64,000 nt of DNA, from positions 1,054,001-1,118,000 of the forward strand of contig CM120643.1 in the NCBI GenBank assembly GCA_051362555.1. The letters are read 5' to 3'. The DNA comes from Lingula anatina. Its lineage: Eukaryota; Animalia; Brachiopoda. Shown here in pieces: positions 51,398-64,000 of the stretch (positions are counted from its first letter, which is position 1; each line of letters starts with the position of its first letter). The notes below the pieces were generated by a model. It saw only the letters and a list, made by a program, of their open reading frames with translations, had not been told where the DNA came from and did no database searches. A program made the position numbers and the translations under genes.

Positions 51398-52329
51398 TAA
51401 AAAATCCCCCCCCCCCCCCCCCCCAAGTCGGTTGTCGCAAACGTCTTTATTGAATTTGCCGGAAATCCTCGTCATTGTCGACTGCGGAGACATCCGAGTA
51501 GTTCCGAGTGCGGAAAATGGGCTTTCTGCGCATGCGTATTATCACCACGTGGAAATATGTCCGCTTTGCCATCAAATTCATCTCTAGCATTAATTTCAAA
51601 ATACACGACAATTAAAGTCATAAAGAGAACGGGGGCCGTCGTTTTGGATTGGTTTGCCATTGATATTGGACATGGATATATCACCCTTTTACAATTATAC
51701 GAAAGGCTGGCCGCGGCCAGCGATCATCGCCCGGAAAATTTCAGTGACATTTTTTTTTTCTTTTAGCGAAAAAAGGGTCGACAAGTGCGTCGTGGTACAT
51801 GGTGGACTGAAGGTCGGACAGGCCACCTGATAGTTGGCTGCTACGTGTGAGTCGAAGTAGACAAAATGGCATCGACAGAAATTACCTTTTTTAGATTTGG
51901 TAGTAGGAAGCATAGGTCTATCTTTGCTTCATTTTTTTAACAATTCTGTTTACAATGCTTTAATTTTCTGAGAGTACAAAAAAAGACACGCTGTTTATTT
52001 GATATTTGTTTTATTGATTGCTTTACCAACAGAATGCATTAAATAACCTCAAATAGATTTGGTAATATGCAGCATATACATGTATATTCATGACTTTTTT
52101 ACCTTTCTACGAAGTAGGCCCTATTCACAATGCTTTAATATTTTGAGAGCATGGATGAAGACATGTTGTTAGTTTGGTACGTGTTTCTGTGGTAAATTAG
52201 TGTTTCCAGCTGTGTACTGAAAACATAACTTTTCTTAAGCAATTTTTTTTTGACTTTTTTTTTTCGCCCGCTCGCACCGATTTTGGGGTCCCCAGAGGTT
52301 GTCATCCATAAAAATAAAAAAGTGTGGCC
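51398..52329. mobile_element. Probable non-autonomous DNA transposon fragment (Zator-like end)
   Basis: Ends ..aaaaaagtgtggcc|ttaa; the other end is not identifiable. Confidence 0.3.
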
Positions 52330-53909
52330 TTAATGAAAAAAACAATGATGTGTATATCGATCTAAAATAAAAACTCATTTTTAAAGTCAGTCAGAAAAAT
52401 ATTGTAATTTTTTTCTATAAATGGTAAAAAAGCTGTGAATTAACTCTCGTATTTCAGAGAAAAAAAATGGCAAACATGCTTTCAGATCAGGTCATTTACA
52501 CCAAAGCAACATGTTTTCTCCTAATTTCCTAATATTATGTAGAACTTCCGGTAGAAATGTCAATCCACACCTTTATCTGTTGATTTGAGAATGCTGACTC
52601 GCCATCTTGGATCTCTCTATCCGTGTGTAGTCAAGCATGAGGTAATAGAGAATGAGCAATACTCAGAATGTCCAAAGCGACAAAAGTGTGGGATTTTCTT
52701 TATTTTGCTTGTGCAATTTATTCACACAGATGTGTTTATACATGTAAGAATGCAACACACAAGAAATTCCTGGAAAAACAATTGGGAAAAGCACTAATTT
52801 TTCTTACAGCATTCGTGATTTTTGCTTGGTGGTTTCTGCCCTTTACATTGTCTTTTTGTCAGGACGCCATTTGCTTTCGTTGTTGTGCGTTTCAAAGCTG
52901 TACTTATGCAGCATGTTCCAAAAACAATCTACAAATCTCAAACTCTTTAGACTGAAAGTAGTCTTAACAATTACTGCAAAATGCACAAATATGGAACTAT
53001 GTACGGACCTTTCATTTTTTGAAAGAAATGTGCGTAACAGAAATCATATGACAATACGCTCGACACGTGCCACTTTTAACAAGGAGAGGATAAGAACGTG
53101 CCCGTCCATCAGAGTGCAATTTCTTTCAGAACGTTTTTACATGTGATTTTCAATTTACAATACAAGTACATACACTTTCCAATTGATTTCATTTAGCGAA
53201 CATTGTACTTGCTATAATAATTTGCTACTTATTTGACAAGATGATAAAGGTTTATTCGCCAAAAGAGTAAGAGTCAGTACGAATCCGACACCCATGATTG
53301 ACAACCAAATATTTGGTGTACAACTGGCAGCATAACTATTTTACCAGCTATAACGTACAGGGGAATTGATCATTCTCCCTGTCACCTATCATATTAAAGC
53401 AAGAGATATAAGAAAGGCCAAATGCAGAATATTCGAGCTTTATGACATGAGAGTGAGCTTTGTAATTCCACCACTGCTGGGAGGCTTTTGTGTTGTTTTC
53501 TAAAGATCCAAAGAAAAATGAGTCAGAACAATCATTTTAATGTACCAAGCCGCACGAAAACGCAGTAGATGCTCCAGCGCAGTAGAGTACTGTAATTACA
53601 CTGCAAGCATGCCTCAAATCTGCTTCGATTTGAGGTATGGATGCAGTATATACTTCCCAGAAGTAGCATTCTACTGCAACCATGCTTCATAAAATCACAG
53701 TAGAAAGGAAGCATAATGCTTCGCCGCAGTAGTACAACACTGCATTTCTACTCTGCGTGCAGCAGTTTCGAAGTAGCATGCGTTACGATAGCAGTCTTCT
53801 ACTTTAAATATACTTCATATCGAAGTAGAAATAAAGCAGCTTGGTTTGATAACCATTGGTTTGCTTCGTTTCTACTGCTCTGAGTCTGTCGCTTTTATGG
53901 CATTTCAAT

Positions 53910-54492
53910 CCTACTGCAAATCTACTGCAAAAACAACCTAAATTGTAATAGCGTTTCTGTCTACTTCAATTCTACTACGAGAACTTTGTCATTTTGTTGG
54001 GGAAAATGTTACTACTGCAAATCTGCTGCAAAAACATTGCTTAAATGATCAGCGCGTTTCTATCTACTTCAATTCTACTACGAGAACTTTGTCGTTTTGT
54101 TGGGGAAAATGTTACTACTGCAAATCTACTGCAAAAACATTGCTTAAATGATCGTCGCGTTTCTATCTACTTCAATTCTACTACGAGAACTTTGTCATTT
54201 TGTTGGGGAAAAGGTTACTACTGCAAAACTACTGCAAAAAGATTGCTGAAATGATCGTCGCGTTTCTATCTACTTCAATTCTACTACGAGAACTTTGTCG
54301 TTTTGTTGGGGAAAAGGTTACTGCTGCAAATCTACTGCAAACACATTGCTTAAATGATAAGCGCGTTTCTATATACTTCAATTCTATTACGAGAACATTG
54401 TCGTTTTGTTGGGGAAAAGGTTACTACTGCAAATCAACTGCAAAAACATTGCTTAAATGATCGGCGTGTTCAGTCTACTTCAATTCTACTGC
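53910..54492. repeat. 103-bp tandem array, ~5.5-6 copies, subterminal to the EnSpm element
   Basis: ctacttcaattctactacgagaac recurs at 53961, 54064, 54167, 54270, ~54373 and ~54475. Confidence 0.92.
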
Positions 54493-54930
54493 GTGGACTT
54501 AGTCTGTTGGTGAACCGCTTTTTAAACGCCTTTTTGTTTTCCAATGGCTCCTTCTTACCACTTATTCACGCTCGATCATCTTCAATTTTGTCTTACCAAC
54601 TTCGGAGACTTTCTTATAATGAATAGAATTGGCCTATGCAATTCATTTAAATACTGTTGTCCCTTTGAACGTCAATCATCCAGAAAAGTAAAAAGAAACG
54701 ACAGAGGTTTCATACTGTGCAATCTTAGATGAGCACTACTATTTATTGTAAATAGTTAGTTTACTTGTTTACTTATACCGGAATATGCTCACAGATAGAG
54801 TTTTTCAACAAGTGTAAGACCTCATAATACGTTAACAAAATACTCTTAACCAAGTGAATAAACAAATTGCAAAAAAATAATAATAATAAATAAATAAAAA
54901 TAAACTGTCAATAAGATATAACTACAACTA

Positions 54931-57900
54931 CTAATCTTTCTCTATAAAATTAGGGAATTGAGCCACAAATTGTTTAGAATCACTACACATATACATTAAC
55001 GGTTCTTCTAACTGGCTAATATCTATAACTTTAATTTTCCCAGAAATAACTTTCTTAATATGACATGACAGAAATAAATTTTCACTACATTCATTCAGTT
55101 CTTTAATAATTGCAAAATATCTGTAACCATTAACAGCACCGCATTTGATAAAATATTGAATTTCACAAAAGCCCTCTTCCCACTTTGCAGTAAAGGAATT
55201 TCTTTTTTTTACTGCATTGTACGACTTGCTGCAAAAAACAAATCCTTTCTGGTAAACTCTTAAAAATTTTGCACACTTAAAAACCGCACCAACAATTCTT
55301 GTCAAAATGTGGGCAATATTAGTGGGAGGTACAAAATCAGAACTAGGTCCTAGTATGTGAGACGCATTCCCTATACGGCCTGAAAATTTTAAACTTGACC
55401 GCTTTGTCATTTGTTGCAGCAGGGCCTGCACGGCACCATCCTTCTCTTTTTCAATAAGCTGGGGTAATTTCTGCTGTATGCAAACCGCAGTGACGATTTG
55501 CATTTCTGCTTGCTGAGTGCCGTGAAACTGCTTCCTGAGGTCGCCATTCAAGCTTTCATAAAAAAAAACAGCTGTGGGCCCATAGTGGACCCAGATCTTT
55601 GACTTTTGAAACCAAATGTAGTAAAGAATGCGCATTAAATGTACAGTACCTTTCTCCATAAAGTTTATCTAAACCTATATTGAATTTTTTGAAATGGTAA
55701 CTTGCTTTGTCTAAGTCATTTTTCATTATGCAAGACTTAAGAAGTAAATAAGTACCTATGACCAAATGAGTAAAATGAGCAAGAAATTCTGGTGGGAGTA
55801 TATCATACAAAACAGGCAATGAATAAAATATGAGAAAGGTACGAAACTCAGATGCCTTCCAGTCTCCAAAATTATCAATTCCTCTAGGCATGCGGGAAAT
55901 GAGTCTGTTTGGGGCCATGTTTTTCAATCTCATGTTCACTGTCTCGATCATAGAATATAGTGACCATTTTTCATTCCTTGTGTCTGCTCCGACCCATAAA
56001 GAGATCATCATTTTCACTAAACCGAGAAGAACGCAATGCATATAATCAATACTCTGGCCTCTAATAATATCAAATTTAGGCAAAAATGACATCATAGACA
56101 CTCCTTTGACACCCATTATTGGTTGCACTTCTCTACGCTTTCCATTCAAATAGTTTCTCTCAACCTCAGCAGCATATTTCAGCGTATCCTTATGTGTTCG
56201 AGTCTGTGCATGGCCTGATTCTTGGTCAGTTTCAAAAGGATAGATGTGTGATTTTCCACGCTCACTTAAAAAACAAGTTTCACCTCTGCTATAACAACAT
56301 GGGCACCCAAAGTTCCCATTAAACTGCACCATTTCACTCATGAGACATCGTGCAGGAGCATCTGCTACTGATGAAATTATGATGGCGCGCACTTTTGTTG
56401 GTACAGAAGTGATGGTCATGCTCACACTTTAAATATAAACAAAAAAATAATTAACTCATGCCAAGTACTTCACTGAAACTGAAAATTATTTATTTATTAG
56501 AATGTCAAAAATAATAATAATGAAATGCCAGCCTTATTAAATGTTTGTCATGTTAAATACCCTAGTGCGGTACCACTAAAGTCAGATTTATGAGTGTGTT
56601 TGCAGCATCTGTAAAAGGGTTTAAACCAAACTTATCTATACCTCATATCTCTATTATGAACAAACAAAAAAGCCTGATGTACATGAAACCAATTTTTGAG
56701 ATGTAATACTATATATTGCTGTATATATTACAACTATGGATTTGATAAGCGAAACAGCATTAAGATGGTTATAAATACCTTCAAATAATGAATGGAATTC
56801 AGTCAACAAAGATCCCAGGAAAAGTTTCATATTTGGTTTCTGATAACCAAACCATAAGCCAAGAAACAACCTGTTATCTCTAGTGTACCTAAGAAAGCAA
56901 AGCAGAAATAGGACATAAAATATATTTTTAGATTGTAGGATCAAAGCCCTAATAACATACTTGAATAATTCCACATGCTCAATAATGCAGGTGCTCATTG
57001 TTTAATACTAGATTTAAGCAAGGGTGTCTCTTTCACATAAACATTTTAAATTAAATGTAATCCTGGTGGTACTGAAATTAACAGACCATAAGTAAGGTAC
57101 AAGATTTGCTTTACAATACCAGGCAATTAATTACTGACTTAAACAATTGACACTTTTTCCTCAATGGCAAATGTAGGTCATTTTGGTTATGTCACAAGAA
57201 GGACTGAATAAAAAACAAAAAAAATAGGCTTCTCTATAGTCCAATTTTATGCAGTAATAACACAGCAAATTTCATACACAAATAATTTTTTTGTGATTTT
57301 AAATTATGTATAGGAACGTTTTCTTCTGATGCATATTTCACTTGTAGGTGTTTTTTTTTAACTTTTCCCCTTTTTATTGTGTTTGCATTTTGAGTGGAGT
57401 AAATCTTGATAATTAATCATGTCATACCTTTTCTTCATTGATCACAGCATACAGTGGCCACACACTAAACTTTGATGAACGGAATAAAGCTGCTCCATCA
57501 GTGTTCACTTGTAAGGATAAATGTAGCTCATTGAGCTCACTGGAACATCCTGAAAATACATATTACATATACATATTTATATTAATTTACTTGGTTTTAT
57601 GCAGTGGCTTCCTAGTTTAACCAATGACAGTGACAGCCAGGGGGCAGATTATCTCAGGTCTGATTTTTAAAAGTCTTTGTAAAGTTGACCGTCATACACA
57701 TCCCTTATAGACCCATCTCGATCTCGTAAGCTTTCTTTGGTTTGTTTTAGTTCTTGAAGAACATCTGGTCCTAAAAAGTGAATTTGTGCATGTAAACTTA
57801 TTTAGAAGTATGTAGGCCTAATGTTGCCCACAAAAATAATGACATGAACCTAAATTTAGAAAATTATTCTAAAAATTGTAAAAAAAAGGGTCATGAGCCA

Positions 57901-60742
57901 TTTTAATAGTAACTTCTTAAAGGTAGTCTACTTAAAAAAGATTTAAAAACCAACAAAGTATTTTTAAAACTTTAAAGGGATACCAAAATAAAAAAGTTTG
58001 CCATAAAAATTTGATGTGATTTTGCCCCAGCTAAAACAGAATATATTGATAATGTTGCCACTATTTTAAACTGTCTGTAAACATTAGGAGAATGCTTTCC
58101 CAATGTTCTACACTGTTAATGTTATTCTGATAAATGTTACCAGCAGGTTCTATAAACTGTAATAATATATGATGAAATAAATTTACAAACTGTATGGGCT
58201 GCAAGAGCTTTGTGCTGTTTGTTCTCCACCTAGCGGTTCATTAGAGATAGGGGTTATGTTAAGCTGACCACTGACACCATGGATTTATTTTTGGACTGAT
58301 GGTAACAAAAAGTGATAAACAGGTTGATAAAATGTTATACTTAATAAAGTAATATTGTGTGTTCATTACTTCTTGGAGGTTAAACATCAGGGTCATTCCG
58401 TGGTATTTTTGATATATTTTTCATAATAGTGATCATTTTAAACAATAAAGGCTATATACATTAAATATAACTTCTCTCTTACATTTAGTCAAGTGCATTA
58501 GATTCAGATGTATTTGATTATAAAATAATGGATTCATATCAATTTGTCCTTCCAAGATGATTTTCTCAGTACTAGTAACTACAAAAGCTAACAACTTATA
58601 ACTTCATAATATCCTCAAACATGCTGAGCAAACAAGATACAAAAAAAATTTTGCCTAGAACTACTTCAATGAGAAATTGAATTAAATTATATAAGCATTA
58701 AACTTGAAACCTAGCACTGGGATGACATGAGGCATTTTGATTGGACTATAAGAGGTCAGGTGACCAATGCATCAACCCTTATGTCTTTCAAGATAATTTT
58801 AATTAAAATGCATCATATATAAAAGAATTTCTAAACTGTGAAACACTTCATTTGAATGAATACTTTTGAAGTTATTTTCATTTAAACACTTTATTGTGTA
58901 TAATGAATAAATGTGGTTAGATTACCTCTTTGATGTCCGAAATACTATTTAAAGATGTATCCGACTTTAAAAATATCTCCACAGACAGAGCTTTGGTGTT
59001 AAAGCTAAAAGTTAAAATCCCATGTCCATTTCACGTCCTGCTGAGATGCTAATTATTTATTATATTACATAATTTTTAAGTAACTTTAATTTTACCTAAG
59101 TTTTTGCTTAAATATAACTTCGATACAGAGGAATAAATATTAAAGAAATGTCTTTCAACTTTTTTTAATATGTTCACCTGAAGGGTCAAATGTCCTTCCA
59201 AACCAGCAAAAAAAAAATAATAATAATAACACACGGTATGGCCCATCCACCGTGTACATTTTGAAAATTAGATTCCAACACATACTGGAGGATTAATATT
59301 AAAATTAACAGTTAAGCTACCATGACTTTTCCCTTTGCTATTGTAGGGTTTGCATTAATATAACTCATTAACATAGGGCAAACATTTCGTTAGTGGGCAT
59401 ACCATTATTATTTTTCTTTTAATTTCTTTTGAAGTGCCAATGGCATGCCTAACCAAAACGCCACCAAAAATATACCAAGGAATAGCCCTGAACAGTGCTT
59501 ATTTCAACAGCTTCCTTGAAAACATTTTTCAAACGCAACTCTTTTGTTAGCTGGGAGCACATATTTAAGAAAAATAATTCGTATTACCGCACCTTCTTTT
59601 ACACACGATGTCATAATCTTTAAACTGTGCTGAAATTTGACATAAAAGTTAAATGATATATCGCCGCTTTAGTTTATACTTTTTGACCATTACAGACCAA
59701 GACGATCCAAGACGAGCTAAATTATTGTTGTTACTTAGATCTTATATCAGCATCAAATTTAACCACCCAATGTACTAACAAAATAAACATTAATCATCTT
59801 CTTTTTGTGTTCATTATTAATAAACGATCGTTCACGAAATGCCATGTCCTCGTCTTGATTTTTTTTTCTGAAGAATATCACAAGAGCGCGCAAGAATGCC
59901 GTGAGCCTAAACAGCTAATCGAAGGTCTAATCGAAAGCCAATTAGAAGCTATAAAATAAAAAAATAATAATTGCACGATAACGAAGCGTGACACATTGCA
60001 CTTTCATTAAATCTGGATTATACCTAGTTTAAATCTACAAACTAAGTTTACCAATGATATTCACATACCAGTAGACAAACTCGAACTATATAAACCCGTA
60101 TAATTAACCGACAAAATATTAGACTCTATTGATTTTTTTAAAAAATCACTTACCGCTTAGAATTTTTTCCAACTGGTTCCCAGTCGGAATCTTCGGAAAA
60201 TGTTTCACGGTGCCATTGCAGTTTGAACATCCATCCGGCTGGGAGAGTCCTAAATCCATATAACAATTTTCGCAATAGTAATTGAAAATGAGCGGTGTCT
60301 TTAGTGTCTGGAAGAATTGCCTATACATCGACATCGTGCTGCGACAGAGATTATCGGCCAGGCAGTGAATTTCTATCAAAGCAAGCAAGTCACTTAACGC
60401 GACTCCGGTTAAGTTGTGTCGTAAAGCGAAGGTGACTATAAGTAACATGCTACTGGCTACAGTAAGACCGCATCCCTCATACAATGGCTTATCTTCGTCA
60501 GTTTGTACGTCGTCGAATTCGTGCGGTTGCTCACTCTCTGTCAACTCATCAGACTGAGGCAAAACCTCGTGCACATCTTCAAAATCAACGATGTCTGCAT
60601 ATTCTGAACTCAATGTGTCAGTTGTGCATGAGGGTGGTGCTATCTGTTCAAGGACGCCGTGTTTGTTAATTTTTTTTCTCCACTTAGTTGTCCGTGATAG
60701 ACCGGTGTATGCACCTTTCATACTTTTCCTTTGTCCAGCCAT
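54931..60742 (-). pseudogene. Transposase_21-type (EnSpm) transposase, multi-exon, disrupted
   Basis: Exons ~60742-60154 (PLYEG..RHNLT..YYCENC), ~57770-57650 (DVYDGQLY, then stop), ~57549-57428 (NTDGAALFRSSKFSVWP), ~56888-56779 (GLWFG..KPNM) and ~56428-54931 (DAPAR..QFNG..GCPCC, IDYMHCVLLG, WKASEFR, GPLWAHSCF|YESLNG). Frameshift in the A-run at 55560-55568. Confidence 0.88.
58026..59555. mobile_element. Non-autonomous element (CCCAGCTAA termini) inside the first transposase intron
   Basis: cccagctaaaacag.. / ..cttttgttagctggg inverted ends. Confidence 0.45.
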
Positions 60743-63700
60743 GCCAAATATCTTATCTCGAAGATACCAAACACAAGTGCTGTAAATCCCTGTGCAATGC
60801 TTAAAATAGTCCAACTAAACTTGTGGCAATAATTTTGCGTACAGGTAAGTAGTAGGGTAGGGTAGGGTGGGTTGGAGTAGGGTGCGGGAGGAGTCACTGG
60901 GGTAGACCGACTGTCATTGGTCAGAAGTAATCCTTAATTTTCCAGCACCCACTGGTATATAAGGAGGAAAGTGCGCCCTTTTTACCTGTTAACTGGACAT
61001 TACTAAGACAATCTAAAAGACTGCTTTTAACAAGACACCTTTATTTTATTATTCCGCACAACGAAGAGCTTTCAAGTTTGCTCCCATCTTTGAACATGTT
61101 ACGAATAACTTGATTGTCTAGTTTTAGTTATTTACTGCGACTGTTTAAACGAACATTGTTCTTCTATAGTACTTGTAAGCGTTCATTGTGGATTTTTTAA
61201 AATTTTGTGACAGCAGACTTTAATAAAAAAAAAAACTTTGCACCTTTCCCATTTGTTCCCATAATCGTAAAACTCTGGTACGAAATAGACAGAACACGAT
61301 GCCTATTCAGAAGAAATAGGAATTGTGGCTTTGTTAGAAACGTTATGATTTACTTATCAACTATAAACCTTAGCTAAGGATCATTTTGAGCTAACAAAAC
61401 AAAATCGATTCTATGACGAAATGTGTAGGGAAAATAAACCTCAAAAGATGAGAATTTGCGTAGCTAGGTTGCTTCCGTTTCAGTCACCTGAAATGTACCT
61501 GTCGTACTGTTTATGATTTCAAGGCGTCATAGTAAACTTAGCCACACACCACTCTTATCTATTAATCGAATCTTAAGTACCATTCTTTGATGTACAGTTC
61601 CCTGTCGGCGATGCTCGGGTAGATCTTATCATTGATTCACACTGTAAATCTCAGCGTCATCAACCGTGAACAGGGAGAGACTGTTGTAAACAACATATTT
61701 GACACCTAGATGCGTGTAATTATATATTTATATATAACCTCTCCTCCACCCCATTGTTGTGAGATTACGTGCGCCACCCTTTATATTCATTTGACTCGTT
61801 TTTTATTCTTAAAATATTTTATAAATCTCGATAAATGGAATCTACACATCAACAAAAAATTACAGAAATGGACCTCCTTCTTCAACCACAACTTCATCTT
61901 AAAAACAAATGCTTCCAGACAAGCAATGCAATCGTTATTTTTACTTACATACGTTTTCGAAGAAGGTTATGGTTTAATGTTGCCAATATATGATTGAGCT
62001 TAACTAAGGAGAATATACATTTATGCTTTTTTAAATATGTAGAAAATAGTTCACAACACTGATGCTTAATGAAGCTGCAGGAACAGCAAACCCCTAATTA
62101 CGTGTTCGAGGAATCTCTTTCCTAGGTTTATACTAAGTTTGTTGTTTGTAAGCAAGGCACGTACTGAGTATGACGGCCGAATGTGAGCTACACGATTTTA
62201 TCAATTAGGAGCTGAGGGTCGTGACTGAAATACAGGACCTTATTGCTGTGCATTTGTATTATGACCTCTCATACAATGTCTAGCTGGTAGTCTCATAACC
62301 GAATATCATCTAGGAATTATGGTCTCACTGGTGTCATGGCTTTTCAAAACCTCCCCGGGTTTAAGCCAATGGCGACCTCGCTCAAAGTTACTCGTTGACT
62401 ATGATGAATGCAACAGTGCATTTTAAATCCTTGCGACTGTGGTATAACTTTATAGCGAACTCTTTATCTAACAATATATAAATTAAAAAAGTTTTAACTT
62501 GATCTTAGGCTCTGTGCTGTGAATTTATTGCTTTAGTATTTTATAAATGTTTATATTACACTTTCAAATAATTACCTAGGAAAGTCTACTATAAATAAAA
62601 CAAATCAGTGATATAAACTGACTGATGAATGCCCGCCCCTATTATATTATGCCACGTTCCTCATGCAGACATAAAAAGAGAGTTTATTTTACGCCCGGGT
62701 CAAAAGACAGGTTTCTTTCTTTTGCACTAAGATTAAGCTTCGTGTGGTACAATGAATCATATTTTTACCTATGTACAAGTATAGGCTATGTTCTACAACA
62801 CCTACAAACTTAAGTTATAAAAATAATGCCGCATTTAAGATTTTCCAGTAAAGAATTTAAATGAGAAAGAAATGCCTTTTTCTATCAAGTTGTGGATCGT
62901 AGATTCCAACATCAGCCGGTTATATTGACTTATTTTAATTGGGTTACAGGGGCGGATCCAAGATCATTTGAAGATGGGGGGGGGGGAGAGAGGTCTGCCG
63001 ACTCCCCCCCCCCCCATAGGTGTAACCAGGCATACGCAGGAATGCGCTGTGCGAGCAATTTTTTGGGCCAACCATGATAATATTCTCTATAAATTCAGTG
63101 TTTTTTTCAAGAAATAGACCTACATGGTACGTTTACGTCATCTGAATGTACAAATCCTCTGTATAATTTATATATGCACCATTGTTCTGACCCCCCTTCT
63201 CGTTTGCTTTCACACAACTGAGGTAAACAATACTAGTTCCTTTCAACAGTCCTATTTTAATCGTCAATCTAGCTGAACTTCCTTTACTTCTTTATTAGAA
63301 GGTTAAGAGCCCTTCGGCTCTCTGGTAGCTTTTGTCTTGAAAGTATCGAACGTGCTCTCGCTGAATTGAATTGATATATCTCAGGTAAAAATCTATCTGT
63401 GCGTTATTTTCAAAGAGCAGTTCCAGCAGACCTGGGGGCATTAGATAAAATCTGAAGATCGGGCTATACAACAAGCCAGAGAAACAAATGACAATAGATT
63501 TTTCCTGCGAAGCGTCAAAGAATTTTACATGGGCTTGTTCCAGCTAAGCCCTCCAAAGTAGGCCTAATAGGGTGGCTAGTGAGGCATTTTTTTTCAATTA
63601 AAAGCAAATAATTAAACTTTGTCTTAGCTTGTCGGAGCGGCAGTGGAAATTGTAAAAAAAATTCTTAAAGTAATTTGACATGTCCAGCTTTTATGATGCG

Positions 63701-64000
63701 TCACAGTTGAATGGTACTACTTTAATATTTAGTGCACGCTGTTATTCCGTCACGACGAAACTACTTATTTGTAACCCTCCCTCCCCATTGAATTTTTTCA
63801 TTTTTTTAAATATTTTTTTTTTTCATTTTATCCACTCCCCCCCCCCCCCATTTTTGACAGCCTGTACCCCAATCCTAGAAAAAGCGTTAGTTCGGGCTGA
63901 AATAATGTAATGGAAATTAATTAAATTTCCGGAATGTATTTTACTTTAACAGATGATTTTATTACTGATGAAAACTGAGCTACCAGTATGATATTTGGCA

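Larger units (their letters stand above)
53541..60900 (-). mobile_element. EnSpm/CACTA (CMC superfamily) DNA transposon; boundaries approximate
   Basis: Spliced transposase plus a gcagta/tactgc-rich subterminal region at 53541-54500; the upstream terminus was not found. Confidence 0.75.

Noticed and set aside
53910-54492. Regularly spaced repeats as a CRISPR array
   Set aside because: The whole 103-bp unit repeats with no unique spacers, there are no cas genes, and the context is eukaryotic.
63960-64000. CTGATGA motif as a second hammerhead
   Set aside because: Lacks the GAAA core (GATA instead), is cut by the window edge, and follows a splice-acceptor-like sequence.

Overview
AT-rich, intron-containing animal (invertebrate-like) genomic DNA, densely filled with transposon relics; the species cannot be determined from the sequence. 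Two divergently oriented genes with cell-death/immunity-type domains stand out. (1) A minus-strand gene with 8 visible exons (14068-19251) that splice in frame into the C-terminal end of a Roc GTPase, a COR domain and a complete caspase-2-like protease with an atypical SACQG active site. The Roc G1-G4 exons were not found in the window. (2) A plus-strand 2-coding-exon NLR-like STAND gene (38836-43536): DZIP3-type HEPN domain (RNxxxH), NB-ARC, and about 14 42-aa TPR repeats, with an in-frame TAA at codon 17. Both genes lie between the arms of a diverged inverted duplication of at least 2.5 kb (1-2532 and 43828-47550). The rest includes a Penelope-like retroelement with a hammerhead ribozyme, a spliced EnSpm/CACTA transposase with a 103-bp array, ISL2EU, Kolobok, Harbinger and Ginger-like elements, LINE fragments, local duplications and microsatellites. 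All alignments and translations were done by eye; no database search was run.
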